This document shows positions 1 through 8,567 of a stretch of 39,074 nt of DNA, piece by piece. The DNA is taken from positions 1 through 39,074 of IMG/VR virus record IMGVR_UViG_3300037467_000878; one strand, written 5' to 3'. The position numbers were made by a program, and so were the translations under genes. Below the pieces are notes generated by a model. The model saw nothing but the letters and a program-made list of their open reading frames with translations, was not told the origin of the DNA and made no database searches. Source of the DNA: a virus (taxonomy: Duplodnaviria > Caudoviricetes). Within the stretch, counting starts at the first letter, position 1, and each line of letters opens with the position of its first letter.

Positions 1-485
1 ACCTCGGCATAGCGATATGGGACCTGGCGCACACCCTTGACGCCCCAGGCCCAGCCGCCGGGCGACGAAGGATCCGGCCGGCGCTGGCGGAACGTCTTCG
101 GGGAGAAGCGGCAGACCTGAAACAGGATCTCGCCGTTCTCGTCGATGTAGTCGTAGGTCGCCACCAGCTGCGCCTTGGGCGGCGGGTCCTTGTCCGCGGC
201 GCGATCCTCGAACGGCGCGCCGACCTCGCGGCGCAGCCACGCGATCGCTTCCTGACCGCGCAAGCCCTTCTCGCGGGCCAGGAAGTCCATGACCCCGCCG
301 CCCTTGCCCGCTTCGTGGTCCATCCAGACGCCGCGCTCCAGATCGATGGAGAGGCTGCCGTGGGCGCCAAAGCGCAGTTCCGCGGCGCTCGACAGGCGCG
401 GGTTCGGTTCCCCCAGGCACTTGCGGGCGACCGCTTCCATGTGGACGGCGAAAGGATCGGAGGTCGTGGCCACGGACGCGCTCAT
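1..485 (-). CDS. Phage DNA primase(-helicase) N-terminal part, truncated by window edge
   Basis: Manual translation: MSASVATT...GSLSIDLERGVWMDHEAGKGGGVMDF...ATYDYIDENGEILFQVCRFSPKTFRQRRP...VPYRY; ATGA overlap with upstream gene. Confidence 0.8.
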   Translation of the reverse strand, partial: MSASVATTSDPFAVHMEAVARKCLGEPNPRLSSAAELRFGAHGSLSIDLERGVWMDHEAGKGGGVMDFLAREKGLRGQEAIAWLRREVGAPFEDRAADKDPPPKAQLVATYDYIDENGEILFQVCRFSPKTFRQRRPDPSSPGGWAWGVKGVRQVPYRYAE

Positions 486-694
486 GGTTTGACGTCCACA
501 GCCAATTGGTCGGCGACCTGGTAGGCCAGGGTCGCAGCCGCCTCGGCCCCAAGCTCCAGTTGGGCCTGACGCGCCAGGGCCATCATCAGAACCACGATGG
601 CCGAGCTGCGCTGGCAGGGACCCATGGCGTCCATGGCCGCCTTGATCGCGCGCTCTGAGTGGGTCTGTGGGCTCATGTCCAAAGGATGCCTCAA
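482..694 (-). CDS. Hypothetical protein
   Basis: Fills the operon with 4-nt overlaps at both ends. Confidence 0.6.
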   Translation of the reverse strand: MRHPLDMSPQTHSERAIKAAMDAMGPCQRSSAIVVLMMALARQAQLELGAEAAATLAYQVADQLAVDVKP

Positions 695-1269
695 ATCAGT
701 GATTTGGGGCTGTGGACGGTTGTGGATGACGTGTGGATTTCCGGGCGCCGGCGGCCGACGCCGGCGGCCGACGCCTTACGGCGCTCATGCGCCCGAATTC
801 CCCACAGAACGGTCGTGTGGTCGCGGTTGAAGAACCGGCCGATGTCGGCGAGCGGGAAACCCATCTCCGCAAGCGCGACGAAAGCCTGTTGTCGCGCCTG
901 GGCGACAGGCTTGGTGCGGCCGGGACCCATGATCTCGCTCCAAGTCACGATATGGCGGTCGCACACCTCGCGGATCGCCCGCCTCGCGCGGTCCGGCGTC
1001 GGCCGGGTTTTCACGGACGCGGCACGGATCGGCGGCGGGGGAGGAATGAGCGCGGGCGGTGAAGGCTCGGGCCGCACCGCCTCCCGGAAGCTTGGGGGCA
1101 GCCCGTCACGGATCGTCTGCGCGGGCCGCCCGAGCATCTTGGCGATGGCGGACACTGGAACGCCCGCCTCAAGCTTCTGACCGATGAAGGCTAGTTCGTA
1201 AGGGTCGAGCCCACCCCGGCGGGTGGTCGCGAACTCTCCGCCGCGGGCGTTGGCGATGTTGACGCTCAT
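691..1269 (-). CDS. HTH protein with DnaA C-terminal-like DNA-binding domain
   Basis: VTWSEIMGPGRTKPVAQARQ...LADIGRFFNRDHTTVLWG motif; start MSVNIA coupled to RusA stop. Confidence 0.75.
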   Translation of the reverse strand: MSVNIANARGGEFATTRRGGLDPYELAFIGQKLEAGVPVSAIAKMLGRPAQTIRDGLPPSFREAVRPEPSPPALIPPPPPIRAASVKTRPTPDRARRAIREVCDRHIVTWSEIMGPGRTKPVAQARQQAFVALAEMGFPLADIGRFFNRDHTTVLWGIRAHERRKASAAGVGRRRPEIHTSSTTVHSPKSLI

Positions 1270-1643
1270 GCCGCAGCCGCCATGACTGCCGGCGCTGATG
1301 CAGGCTCCACGATAATGGAGAGCGCCCCGCCCTTGACGGGACCCGACGCCGACCACATCAAGAGGATCGACGAGGCCTTGCTGTCGTCCTCCACGATCCC
1401 GTGCTTGACGAGAAGGTCGAGCGGGGCCTTGAGGATTCCATCCAAATCCCTGCGGCGGAGGTCTGGGCGAACCGCGGTGATGGTCACGCGGAAAGGGCCG
1501 GTGATCTTCGGCGGGTTCTGCGCCATGAGCTGAGCGCCGGCCTCGGACAGCCACGCCTCATAGCGGCGGGTGCGGATGCGGCGGTTGTTGAAGGTCGCGA
1601 ACAGGTTGTTCACGGCCGGGGGGAACGGAAGGCCGAGGATCAT
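1266..1643 (-). CDS. rusA: RusA-family Holliday junction resolvase
   Basis: LPFPPAVN...RPDLRRRDLDGILKAPLDLLVKHGIVEDDS motif. Confidence 0.9.
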   Translation of the reverse strand: MILGLPFPPAVNNLFATFNNRRIRTRRYEAWLSEAGAQLMAQNPPKITGPFRVTITAVRPDLRRRDLDGILKAPLDLLVKHGIVEDDSKASSILLMWSASGPVKGGALSIIVEPASAPAVMAAAA

Positions 1644-1828
1644 CGTGGCCCCCGCCCATGGTCGAAGTGTTCGTTGATGGCCTCGCAGGCCTGTGCGGCG
1701 ATCCGGCGAGAGTCCACGCCAGGGTTGAAGGCGCAGAGACCATCGATGGCCCGTACATTCCATAGATCCGGACGCTCAGGGTCGACGCAGACGGAGGCGG
1801 GCCAAGTGCGTTCTTTGCGATCTCCCAT
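1640..1828 (-). CDS. Hypothetical protein
   Basis: Coupled short ORF MGDRKERTW... Confidence 0.55.
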   Translation of the reverse strand: MGDRKERTWPASVCVDPERPDLWNVRAIDGLCAFNPGVDSRRIAAQACEAINEHFDHGRGPR

Positions 1829-2034
1829 CACCGCGCCCCCCGCCATCCGGTGGAACGCGAGGAGACGGACCGCTCAAGCGCCTGATGGACGTAGTCCGAC
1901 TTGGCCTTGAGGAGGTGCTTGACCGGATGATGATGCTGGCGAGCGGCTTCGATCTTCTGGTCGAAGCCCTCGACCAGGCGCTTGAAGCGCTGCCTTGCAA
2001 CGTGGTGCTTGAGTGTTCTCAGCGCGCCGAACAT
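1828..2034 (-). CDS. Hypothetical protein
   Basis: SD GGAGGG upstream; coupled to next gene. Confidence 0.6.
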   Translation of the reverse strand: MFGALRTLKHHVARQRFKRLVEGFDQKIEAARQHHHPVKHLLKAKSDYVHQALERSVSSRSTGWRGAR

Positions 2035-2093
2035 GGTCGCCCCTCCGCTTTGTTGTCCCCCCGGCCTTTGCGGCAGGCCGGATGCCGTAGTGG

Positions 2094-2915
2094 TCAGGCG
2101 GCTTGAATGTCAGCGAACATCCCAGCGTCGCCGTTTAGGCGTCGCTGGGCGATCTCCGCGTAAGCCGGATTGAGTTCGATCAGGACCGCGTTGCGCTGCA
2201 GACGGTCGGCCACAAGGCCTGTCGTTCCAGCGCCGCCGAAGGGGTCCAGGACGGTCTCGCCTGGGCGAGTGGCGCTCACGATGCACCGTCTCGCTAGCTC
2301 TCGCGCCATGGGCGCCGGATGAATCGGATCGCTACCAGGCGCGACTGACCAAACGCTGCTCGCGAACCACGGCTCGCCCGGATTTCGGACGCGGCTCGGG
2401 CCGCTGGGCGTCAGAAGAAACAGGTAGGAATGTGAAACGCTCGGTCGATCAAGCCGGGGCGGCTCAGTCGCCGTTCCCTTGTCCCAAATGATCGTCTTGC
2501 GAAGAAACCAGCCGTCCGCGCGTAGGCCATCCGCCACCAGGAACGGGGCGAGGGAGAGGTCGCGGACCTTGTAGCCCGCCGGCGGCGAGCGCCACCCTGT
2601 GCGGGTCTGCAGACTTTCGAGTTTCCGACGCTTAGCTGATCGCGACCCGCCGCCGCCATTTCCGCCCGCCGCGTAAGTATCGCCGAGCTCCAACCAAAGG
2701 GAGCCGTCCGGCACAAGCACCCGACGCACCTCCCGCATGGCGGCGACAAGTTCTGCGGCGAACGCGGCCGGCGCGCGTTCTGCGCCAATCTGCGCCTCAT
2801 GTTCATAGTCGCGCTGCCGCCAGAAGGGCGGGCTCGACACGCAGGCCTCGACAGAGGAAGCATCAAGTTCGCGCAAGCGCTCGCGGCAGTCACCGATCAG
2901 GAGGCGGACGCTCAT
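2094..2915 (-). CDS. Orphan N4-cytosine/N6-adenine DNA methyltransferase (beta-type motif order)
   Basis: SSPPF catalytic motif near N-terminus; HPAPM and VLDPFGGAGTT SAM-binding motif near C-terminus. Confidence 0.92.
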   Translation of the reverse strand: MSVRLLIGDCRERLRELDASSVEACVSSPPFWRQRDYEHEAQIGAERAPAAFAAELVAAMREVRRVLVPDGSLWLELGDTYAAGGNGGGGSRSAKRRKLESLQTRTGWRSPPAGYKVRDLSLAPFLVADGLRADGWFLRKTIIWDKGTATEPPRLDRPSVSHSYLFLLTPSGPSRVRNPGEPWFASSVWSVAPGSDPIHPAPMARELARRCIVSATRPGETVLDPFGGAGTTGLVADRLQRNAVLIELNPAYAEIAQRRLNGDAGMFADIQAA

Positions 2916-3388
2916 CGGGCCACACCCCCAGCCTTTTGAGCGCCCACCGTTCGAGCGCCGCGCCCGGCTTCCCGAGTTGGCGCAGGGCCGTCCCCGTCAT
3001 CGCCAGAGCGATCAGAAGCCATCGCGAGACGCCCGTAGGCGGAGCGCGCGAGACGGGCTTGTTCCATGGCATGACGGTTCGCCTCGGCGGCGTGCTGGAG
3101 TTGTTCTTGGAAGAAATGCGCGACGGACTGACCGGTGACGGCCTCCAACACGTGAAGGCCCACCAGGAAGCCGCCCGGCCGCTTGATGATCTTGTCGTAG
3201 GTGCTGAACGAGCACCGCCCAGCGACCACGCCGCGGGCTTCGTCTACGGTGAGGTCCCACTCGCGCGCGGCCATCTTCGCCGTAGCGGCAGGCCAGCGAC
3301 GGCGGCAAAGATCCGCGAGAGCGTCCCTTGTCGCAATGTCAAGGGCCAGCTTGCGCTGACTTCCCCATTTTGGGCGCCAGTATTCCAC
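2912..3388 (-). CDS. Putative CII-like transcriptional regulator
   Basis: HTH-like TAKMAAREWDLTVDEARGVVAG; AGGAG SD before GTG at 3388; lies in the cro operon. Confidence 0.5.
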   Translation of the reverse strand: MEYWRPKWGSQRKLALDIATRDALADLCRRRWPAATAKMAAREWDLTVDEARGVVAGRCSFSTYDKIIKRPGGFLVGLHVLEAVTGQSVAHFFQEQLQHAAEANRHAMEQARLARSAYGRLAMASDRSGDDGDGPAPTREAGRGARTVGAQKAGGVAR

Positions 3389-3692
3389 GACGGCTCCTGT
3401 CACAGCTTCACCGTCACAAGTCGGGAGTGAGAGCGATGCAGGAGGTGTCTGGACGAGACGACGCACTTGAGAGCGCAGGCCGGTGTGGAGCCGAGGCCTG
3501 CGCGTACTTGATGGATGATCCGAGGACGGCGGCGGCCCTGTTTAGGGCTGCGGCTCGATATGCCGAACGCTGCGGCGAGGACGGAGGACGGGGAGAGATC
3601 ATCCGCCTTCCATCCTCGCCGCCCGCTCGCGGTGTCGGTCTCAGTGGGGGGGCTGAGCCGCGAGCGAAGGTGAATTGGTGATGCGGGGCTCC

Positions 3693-4217
3693 TCATGCAG
3701 CCTCTCGCATGAAGAACGCGGCGCCAGCATTCGACGGCCTGTCAAACAGGTGCCAAGCGCAGTTGTCCTTGCCGGTGAACGGCGAGTCCGGAATCCACTT
3801 CACGCGGCCCACGCTCACGATGCGGCGCAGACGCGACGCGAAGGGCGCGGCCTGACGGGTATGGACCCAGTCGGCGTCGAACAAGAGCCAGGTCGGATGC
3901 TGGTCGGACAGGTGGATGATCAGCGGATGCAGAACGTCCCGCGACCAAGGCGGATTGGTGATGAAGCAGTCGATGTTGCCCGTCAGCGTGGTCAGGGCGT
4001 CCTTGCGGTCGATGTCCGCGCGGCGGGGCTCGATGTCGCGGGCGCGGGCACAGACATGACCAGCTCGAGTCAGATGGTCGATCAGGGCGCCATCGCCAGC
4101 GCATGGCTCACAGAACCGCGTGCCCGGCCGCAAGTGCGGCAACAGCGGCTCTACGGCCTCAGCAGGTGTCGGATAGAAGTCACGCTCGCGGCGCTCGAAC
4201 GAGGAACGCTTGCCCAC
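3693..4217 (-). CDS. Small phage adenine DNA methyltransferase
   Basis: DFYPTP, EPCAGDG (SAM binding) and ITNPPW (catalytic) motifs. Confidence 0.85.
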   Translation of the reverse strand: MGKRSSFERRERDFYPTPAEAVEPLLPHLRPGTRFCEPCAGDGALIDHLTRAGHVCARARDIEPRRADIDRKDALTTLTGNIDCFITNPPWSRDVLHPLIIHLSDQHPTWLLFDADWVHTRQAAPFASRLRRIVSVGRVKWIPDSPFTGKDNCAWHLFDRPSNAGAAFFMREAA

Positions 4218-4220
4218 CGC

Positions 4221-4928
4221 TCAGCCCTCCCCGCAGTGTGGTGACGTGGCCATGCGCAACGGCAATGGAATGCCCCGACCCGACAGGACCAACGCCTCAT
4301 CGAGGTCGGTCAGACGGGCGATCTCGTCTACCGAAAGACCAGCCTTGAGAGCCTCGCCAATGGCCTCCAGCACCGAGCGCGAGACCCTCGATGGCTCGGG
4401 ATCTAATGCGTCGAGGGCAGATCCGACGCGAGGGTCATCTCCGCCAGCCGGGAAATTCAAGCGGGCGAAGGCGCCGTGATGTTGCCGCGCCAGCGCGTCA
4501 TAGGCGCTAGCCGCCTCCTCTGGGGTCTTGAAGCCGCACTTGTAATACCGGAGGCCGTCACAGGCGAGTTGCGCGGTCCATCGGCCCTTGACGCAAGCGA
4601 TGCCCTTATAGGGATGCCGACCGCGACGATTCTTGGCGCGATTTCTCGCGTTTTCCGCATTCGAGCAGAAACGGAGATTTGCGCGCGTGTTGTTGAGCGG
4701 ATTGCCATCGATGTGATCGACGTGCAGCCCTGGCGGGGGGGCTAGCAAAAACCGATGCAGAAGGACAACCGCGTTCCGATGTCCCGCCACATGCGTAGCG
4801 ACGTAATGTCGACCATGCTGGTTCCTGACATACCAGCGATGTTCCACAACCCTCGGATAGTCCGCTTCATCAACGAGCGCGACTTGCCCTTGGGAGAGTG
4901 GGATTTCTCTGGCCGCCCCGCCGCCCAT
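4221..4928 (-). CDS. HNH endonuclease with AP2 domain and a C-terminal extension
   Basis: LHRFL...VDHIDGNPLNNTRANLR (HNH); YKGI...RWTAQL...FKTPEEAASAYD...GAFARLNFP (AP2). Confidence 0.9.
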   Translation of the reverse strand: MGGGAAREIPLSQGQVALVDEADYPRVVEHRWYVRNQHGRHYVATHVAGHRNAVVLLHRFLLAPPPGLHVDHIDGNPLNNTRANLRFCSNAENARNRAKNRRGRHPYKGIACVKGRWTAQLACDGLRYYKCGFKTPEEAASAYDALARQHHGAFARLNFPAGGDDPRVGSALDALDPEPSRVSRSVLEAIGEALKAGLSVDEIARLTDLDEALVLSGRGIPLPLRMATSPHCGEG

Positions 4929-4930
4929 TG

Positions 4931-5134
4931 TTAGGCGGCCTTGGTCGTTTGTTGCCCGGTGCGGCGCTTGAGCGCATCTTCCAAGGCCCGGAGTGTTGCT
5001 TGCCGCGGCTCAAATGCGCCACGTTTCAGGCGCCAGAGCGTTGCCGCGTTAACGCCAGACTCCCGCGCAAGGTCAGCAAGCTTGAAACCCGCCGCCGCCC
5101 ATTCTGCGAAAATTGCGCTCACTGCTCCATTCAT
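4931..5134 (-). CDS. cro: Cro-like HTH repressor
   Basis: LADLARESGVNAATLWRLKRGAFEPRQATL; divergent from cI. Confidence 0.85.
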   Translation of the reverse strand: MNGAVSAIFAEWAAAGFKLADLARESGVNAATLWRLKRGAFEPRQATLRALEDALKRRTGQQTTKAA

Positions 5135-5140
5135 GCACCT

Positions 5141-5169
5141 ACGGTATTGCATAAATGCCTGATACGCAA
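5141..5169 (-). promoter_or_regulatory. PR-like promoter (TTGCGT-17-TACCGT) with operator TTGCATAAATGC in the spacer
   Basis: Spacing read directly; identical 12-mer at 5147-5158 and 5972-5983. Confidence 0.6.
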
Positions 5170-5220
5170 GCGCAGCAATGGCGCTTTCTTATGGAGCAGT
5201 TGCGCACGAATAAGGGCGCG

Positions 5221-5916
5221 ATGTCCGACGAAGCGCAAAACGCCGTTCGCCAGTGGATTCAGGCGATCCTCGACGAGCGCGGCTGGACCGCCGGTCGGCT
5301 GGCGAAGGCCGCCAACGTTGCCCCCTCAACCATCTCTCGTGCGTTGAACCCCGAATACGAGTTCACGCCGTCCACAAAGACACTCGCTAAGATTGCTGCG
5401 GCGGTTAACCGCGTTGCCCCCGAGATCGCTTCCGAGGGATTAGACAGGGCGAGGGCAATTGGCCGAAGGATACCCGTCATGGGTGAGGTGAGGGCCGGAG
5501 CCTGGTTTGAGATAGATCAAGAACCCCAGCCGGTTGACTGGGTGTACTTCGACGATCCGGAGTTTGAACGAGCCAAGGTCTGGGCTCTCCGTGTGGTCGG
5601 ATCTTCGATGAACAGGCACTATCCGGATGGCACTACCGTTATTGTTGCGGACGCCCAGGAGACGGGCATCCAAGAGGGTGATCATGTGGTGGTGCGCCGC
5701 ATACGCGGCAGCTCCGCAGAGACCACTCTGAAGGAGGTGGTGATCGATCCGGAGGGGGTGGCCCTGTGGCCGCGATCCACCGATCCCGCGCACCAAGAGC
5801 CGATCCGGATACCGGCCCGTCGAGAGGGCGCACAGGACGGCGTGGAGATCATCGCTGTCGTCGTGGCAGATTACCGCAAGCGCTCCCGGCGTCCCGGCCG
5901 GGTCGTCGGCCTCTAA
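5221..5916 (+). CDS. cI: CI-like repressor (XRE HTH + S24 autopeptidase)
   Basis: N-terminal HTH; VRAG Ala-Gly cleavage site; GSSM catalytic Ser; TLKE catalytic Lys. Confidence 0.93.
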   Translation: MSDEAQNAVRQWIQAILDERGWTAGRLAKAANVAPSTISRALNPEYEFTPSTKTLAKIAAAVNRVAPEIASEGLDRARAIGRRIPVMGEVRAGAWFEIDQEPQPVDWVYFDDPEFERAKVWALRVVGSSMNRHYPDGTTVIVADAQETGIQEGDHVVVRRIRGSSAETTLKEVVIDPEGVALWPRSTDPAHQEPIRIPARREGAQDGVEIIAVVVADYRKRSRRPGRVVGL

Positions 5917-5929
5917 AGCACCGCAGATC

Positions 5930-5958
5930 GCCGCCCTGCAGAAGCTCGGCGGCTTTTT
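5930..5958 (+). terminator. Intrinsic terminator after cI
   Basis: GCCGCC...GGCGGC stem followed by TTTTT. Confidence 0.7.
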
Positions 5959-5971
5959 CGTGTGCAGAGCG

Positions 5972-6016
5972 TTGCATAAATGCGCTTGCGTCGATGGTGC
6001 AGGAATGCAATATTGT
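5972..6016 (+). promoter_or_regulatory. PL-like promoter/operator region
   Basis: TTGCATAAATGC (5972-5983), TTGCGT (5986-5991), GCAGGAATGCAA (5999-6010), TATTGT (6011-6016). Confidence 0.55.
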
Positions 6017-6039
6017 TCCCACCAACAAGGGAACACCCG

Positions 6040-6333
6040 ATGCCCACCGCCCCTCCGGTCAACGCCTTTCTCGCTGATTGGGCCGCCGACAAGATCGAAG
6101 AACTCCGCGCCGAGCGCGACAGCGCCCGCGGCGAGGTCGCCGACCTTCGGGAGGCGCTTCGGCTCGCCCAGATCACACCGCGCACCCTCCTGGAGCGCAT
6201 CGCCCTTCACAAGCTGCAGGATACCGATCGCCTCATCGTCATGGCGCAGAACCCGGGCGACAGCCATCGCTGGTCGCGCTCGGTCAGCGACTTCATCACC
6301 GTCGCGGAAATCCGCGCGGCGTTGGAGGCCTGA
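6040..6333 (+). CDS. Hypothetical protein, first gene of early operon
   Basis: SD AAGGGA; coiled-coil-like N-terminal half. Confidence 0.7.
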   Translation: MPTAPPVNAFLADWAADKIEELRAERDSARGEVADLREALRLAQITPRTLLERIALHKLQDTDRLIVMAQNPGDSHRWSRSVSDFITVAEIRAALEA

Positions 6334-6336
6334 CCA

Positions 6337-6687
6337 ATGCCCTCTCCCCTCACCACCTCCCTCACCCGCCTGGCCAACGGCATCCGTCCGGACCTGACGT
6401 TCGCGCCGCGCCTGTCGCTGGAGACCTACCCCGGCCTGGCCGTGGTCCGCGACCGTGTCCGTGACGAGTACGGCGCCCTGATCACCCGACGCCTGCGGAC
6501 CTCGGATGGGGCCTTCACCGTCGAGACTGTCCGCGAGTTCCACGACCGCGACGGCTCGCGCACGGCCTACGAGACCACCACCCAGGACTTCGCCGATCTG
6601 GCGTCTGCGATCCGGGCTCTGGGCGGTGAGGGATGGGCTGGGGAGATCGCGGCGGTGTTCGCGACGGCTACGGCGAGGGCGGCGTGA
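6337..6687 (+). CDS. Hypothetical protein
   Basis: SD GGAGG; operon tiling. Confidence 0.7.
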   Translation: MPSPLTTSLTRLANGIRPDLTFAPRLSLETYPGLAVVRDRVRDEYGALITRRLRTSDGAFTVETVREFHDRDGSRTAYETTTQDFADLASAIRALGGEGWAGEIAAVFATATARAA

Positions 6688-6878
6688 TGGGCGAGTTCGA
6701 CCCGGAAGAGGACGAAGCCTTCCTGAGCGAGGACGACTTCGACGAGCCTGACGCGCTCTGCACCGACTGCGGTGACGACATCTTCTGCACCGACCGCCAC
6801 TTCATGGAAGGCTTCGAACGCTTCGGCGCGATCCTCTGCGAGAGCTGTTTCAACGAACGTTGCGAGGAGGAAGACTGA
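6687..6878 (+). CDS. Acidic zinc-finger-like small protein
   Basis: CTDC and CESC pairs; very Asp/Glu-rich; TGATG coupling. Confidence 0.7.
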   Translation: MGEFDPEEDEAFLSEDDFDEPDALCTDCGDDIFCTDRHFMEGFERFGAILCESCFNERCEEED

Positions 6879-7132
6879 TGCTCTACCCCCTCCCCGCCCG
6901 CCCCGTGCTCCGCGTCGTCGAGCAGTCCCCCGCAGGCCGTCACGGCTTCCCAGAGCCCTCTGAGGACCAAGCCCGCGTGGAGATCACCCCGGGCCTGGAC
7001 GGCTACCGCGTGTGGCTCCTCGGCAAGGTCTACGCCGAGTTCAGGACCCTATCCAACGCCGCTCGATGCGCCTCGGCTTTGATGAGCCTGGATGCGCTGG
7101 AGTGTTTGCCGGGCAACCGGCCCGTCGCCTGA
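6878..7132 (+). CDS. Hypothetical protein
   Basis: TGATG coupling with SD GGAGG. Confidence 0.65.
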   Translation: MLYPLPARPVLRVVEQSPAGRHGFPEPSEDQARVEITPGLDGYRVWLLGKVYAEFRTLSNAARCASALMSLDALECLPGNRPVA

Positions 7133-7161
7133 TCAGCAACAGCTTCCATGAGGACTCAGCC

Positions 7162-7803
7162 ATGGCCAAGACCCGCCTGAACAACGACGACCGCGCCGCT
7201 ATAGCCGTCGCCATTGTCGATTACAAATACGCCCCCCTGATCGCGCTCAACCGCGCCCTTGAGTATGAGCTGGCGTCGCTAGTCTACGACCGCATCTATA
7301 GTGCCGACGTGCGCCGCAAAATGGCTGCACTTCCAGCTGGGGCATTCAAGGAAGTCGACGACATCACCGTCGCCGTAAACGGGCAAAAGTACAAGCTGGA
7401 TTTCAGCGCCGACAACTACGACGTCTTGGGCAGCAACCCCGCCGGGCGAGACGACGACCGCCTGTTGAAGCCGGTTCTCTACAAGCACGCCGACCGAAGC
7501 TACTCTAGCTTGCCGGCCTTGCTGCTGACCGATGAGGACAGTCTCGGCGCGCGGATCGTGGCCTGGTCACAGGAGCGCGAAGAGCTTCGCCAAGCTCCAG
7601 CCACGGCGCGCTCCAAGCTGGACGCAGCACTCGCCAGCTACCGCTACTTCGACGATCTTGTGACCTCCTTCCCGGAGGCCGAGCGCTTCATCCTGACGCG
7701 CTGGCGTGAACGCCCGGAAGGCGGAAGCCCCGGCGTACCTGCTGTCGTGCTGAAGGACCTTGCGCGAGAGCTAGATCTCCCCCCGGAAGCCGAGGCGGCA
7801 TGA
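7162..7803 (+). CDS. Nmad5-like (nucleotide-modification-associated domain 5) protein
   Basis: TRLNNDDRAAI...VYDRIYSADVRRKMAALPAG...ITVAVNG...FPEAERF pattern recalled for this family. Confidence 0.6.
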   Translation: MAKTRLNNDDRAAIAVAIVDYKYAPLIALNRALEYELASLVYDRIYSADVRRKMAALPAGAFKEVDDITVAVNGQKYKLDFSADNYDVLGSNPAGRDDDRLLKPVLYKHADRSYSSLPALLLTDEDSLGARIVAWSQEREELRQAPATARSKLDAALASYRYFDDLVTSFPEAERFILTRWRERPEGGSPGVPAVVLKDLARELDLPPEAEAA

Positions 7804-7889
7804 CCCGTCTCGCACAAACCTTCAACCGCTTCATCTGGACGGCCGCCATCGTCGCTGCCGTGTGCGTGTTCCTCTGGAGGCTCGGATGA
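7800..7889 (+). CDS. 29-aa single-TM peptide (not in ORF track)
   Basis: MTRLAQTFNRFIWTAAIVAAVCVFLWRLG; ATGA overlaps at both ends. Confidence 0.55.
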   Translation: MTRLAQTFNRFIWTAAIVAAVCVFLWRLG

Positions 7890-8173
7890 CTGAACAAGAC
7901 GCAATCAGGTACACGGACATGAGCGCCGGCGACATGATCGCCGCGCTCGGCAGCGACGCTCACAAGTGGGCCACCGCCTTCTGTGAGAAGTTCCCGACCG
8001 TGCCGCATGACAGCGCGGTCGGTTGGTTCGCCAACGCCATGATGACGATGTGGGACGTCACCAACTCCCGCATCACGCATGATGACGAGGCGCTCATCGA
8101 CCACATCAGTTCGCTCGTCCGGAACCGCGACCTCTGGATCGAACTGGACGGCGGCGCGGAGGGGGACGAGTGA
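7886..8173 (+). CDS. Hypothetical protein
   Basis: SD GGAGG; MTEQDAIRY...; DAHKWATAF...GWFANAM pattern common in phage hypotheticals. Confidence 0.7.
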   Translation: MTEQDAIRYTDMSAGDMIAALGSDAHKWATAFCEKFPTVPHDSAVGWFANAMMTMWDVTNSRITHDDEALIDHISSLVRNRDLWIELDGGAEGDE

Positions 8174-8349
8174 TCAAGCTCCTCCTCTCCAAACCCCGCG
8201 TCCTCACCCCCCACGATGAATGGGCCGCAGAGCGGGAGAAGGTCGCCAGGAAGCGGCCTGAGTTCGCGCTCGTGCCGAAGGACCCGAGGCCGGACGGGGA
8301 CATGTTCCGCTGGTTCAGCGTCGAGGAACTGATGGAGCGCTCACGATGA
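8170..8349 (+). CDS. 59-aa hypothetical protein (not in ORF track)
   Basis: GTGA/ATGA overlaps; fills the gap exactly. Confidence 0.55.
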   Translation: MIKLLLSKPRVLTPHDEWAAEREKVARKRPEFALVPKDPRPDGDMFRWFSVEELMERSR

Positions 8350-8567
8350 GCATACCCCTCTCCCCAGACCGCGCCGACGCCGTGTCCGCCGCGATCCGTG
8401 ACGTCGCCCGCAAGGCCCACGACGCCACCCTGCCAAGCGACCTCGACAGCGCCCGCAAGGCCCTCGGCCTCGTCTACTGGACGCTGCACGCCGCGGTCGA
8501 GGCCATCAACGAGGCCGAGCGCGAGACGCGCCGGGAAGCCCTCAACAACATCGGAGAAGCCGCGTGA
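8346..8567 (+). CDS. Hypothetical protein
   Basis: Coupled helical ORF. Confidence 0.65.
   Translation: MSIPLSPDRADAVSAAIRDVARKAHDATLPSDLDSARKALGLVYWTLHAAVEAINEAERETRREALNNIGEAA

Noticed and set aside
2061-2081. CCGGCCT/AGGCCGG hairpin as a terminator
   Set aside because: No U tract on the transcribed minus strand; role unsupported.
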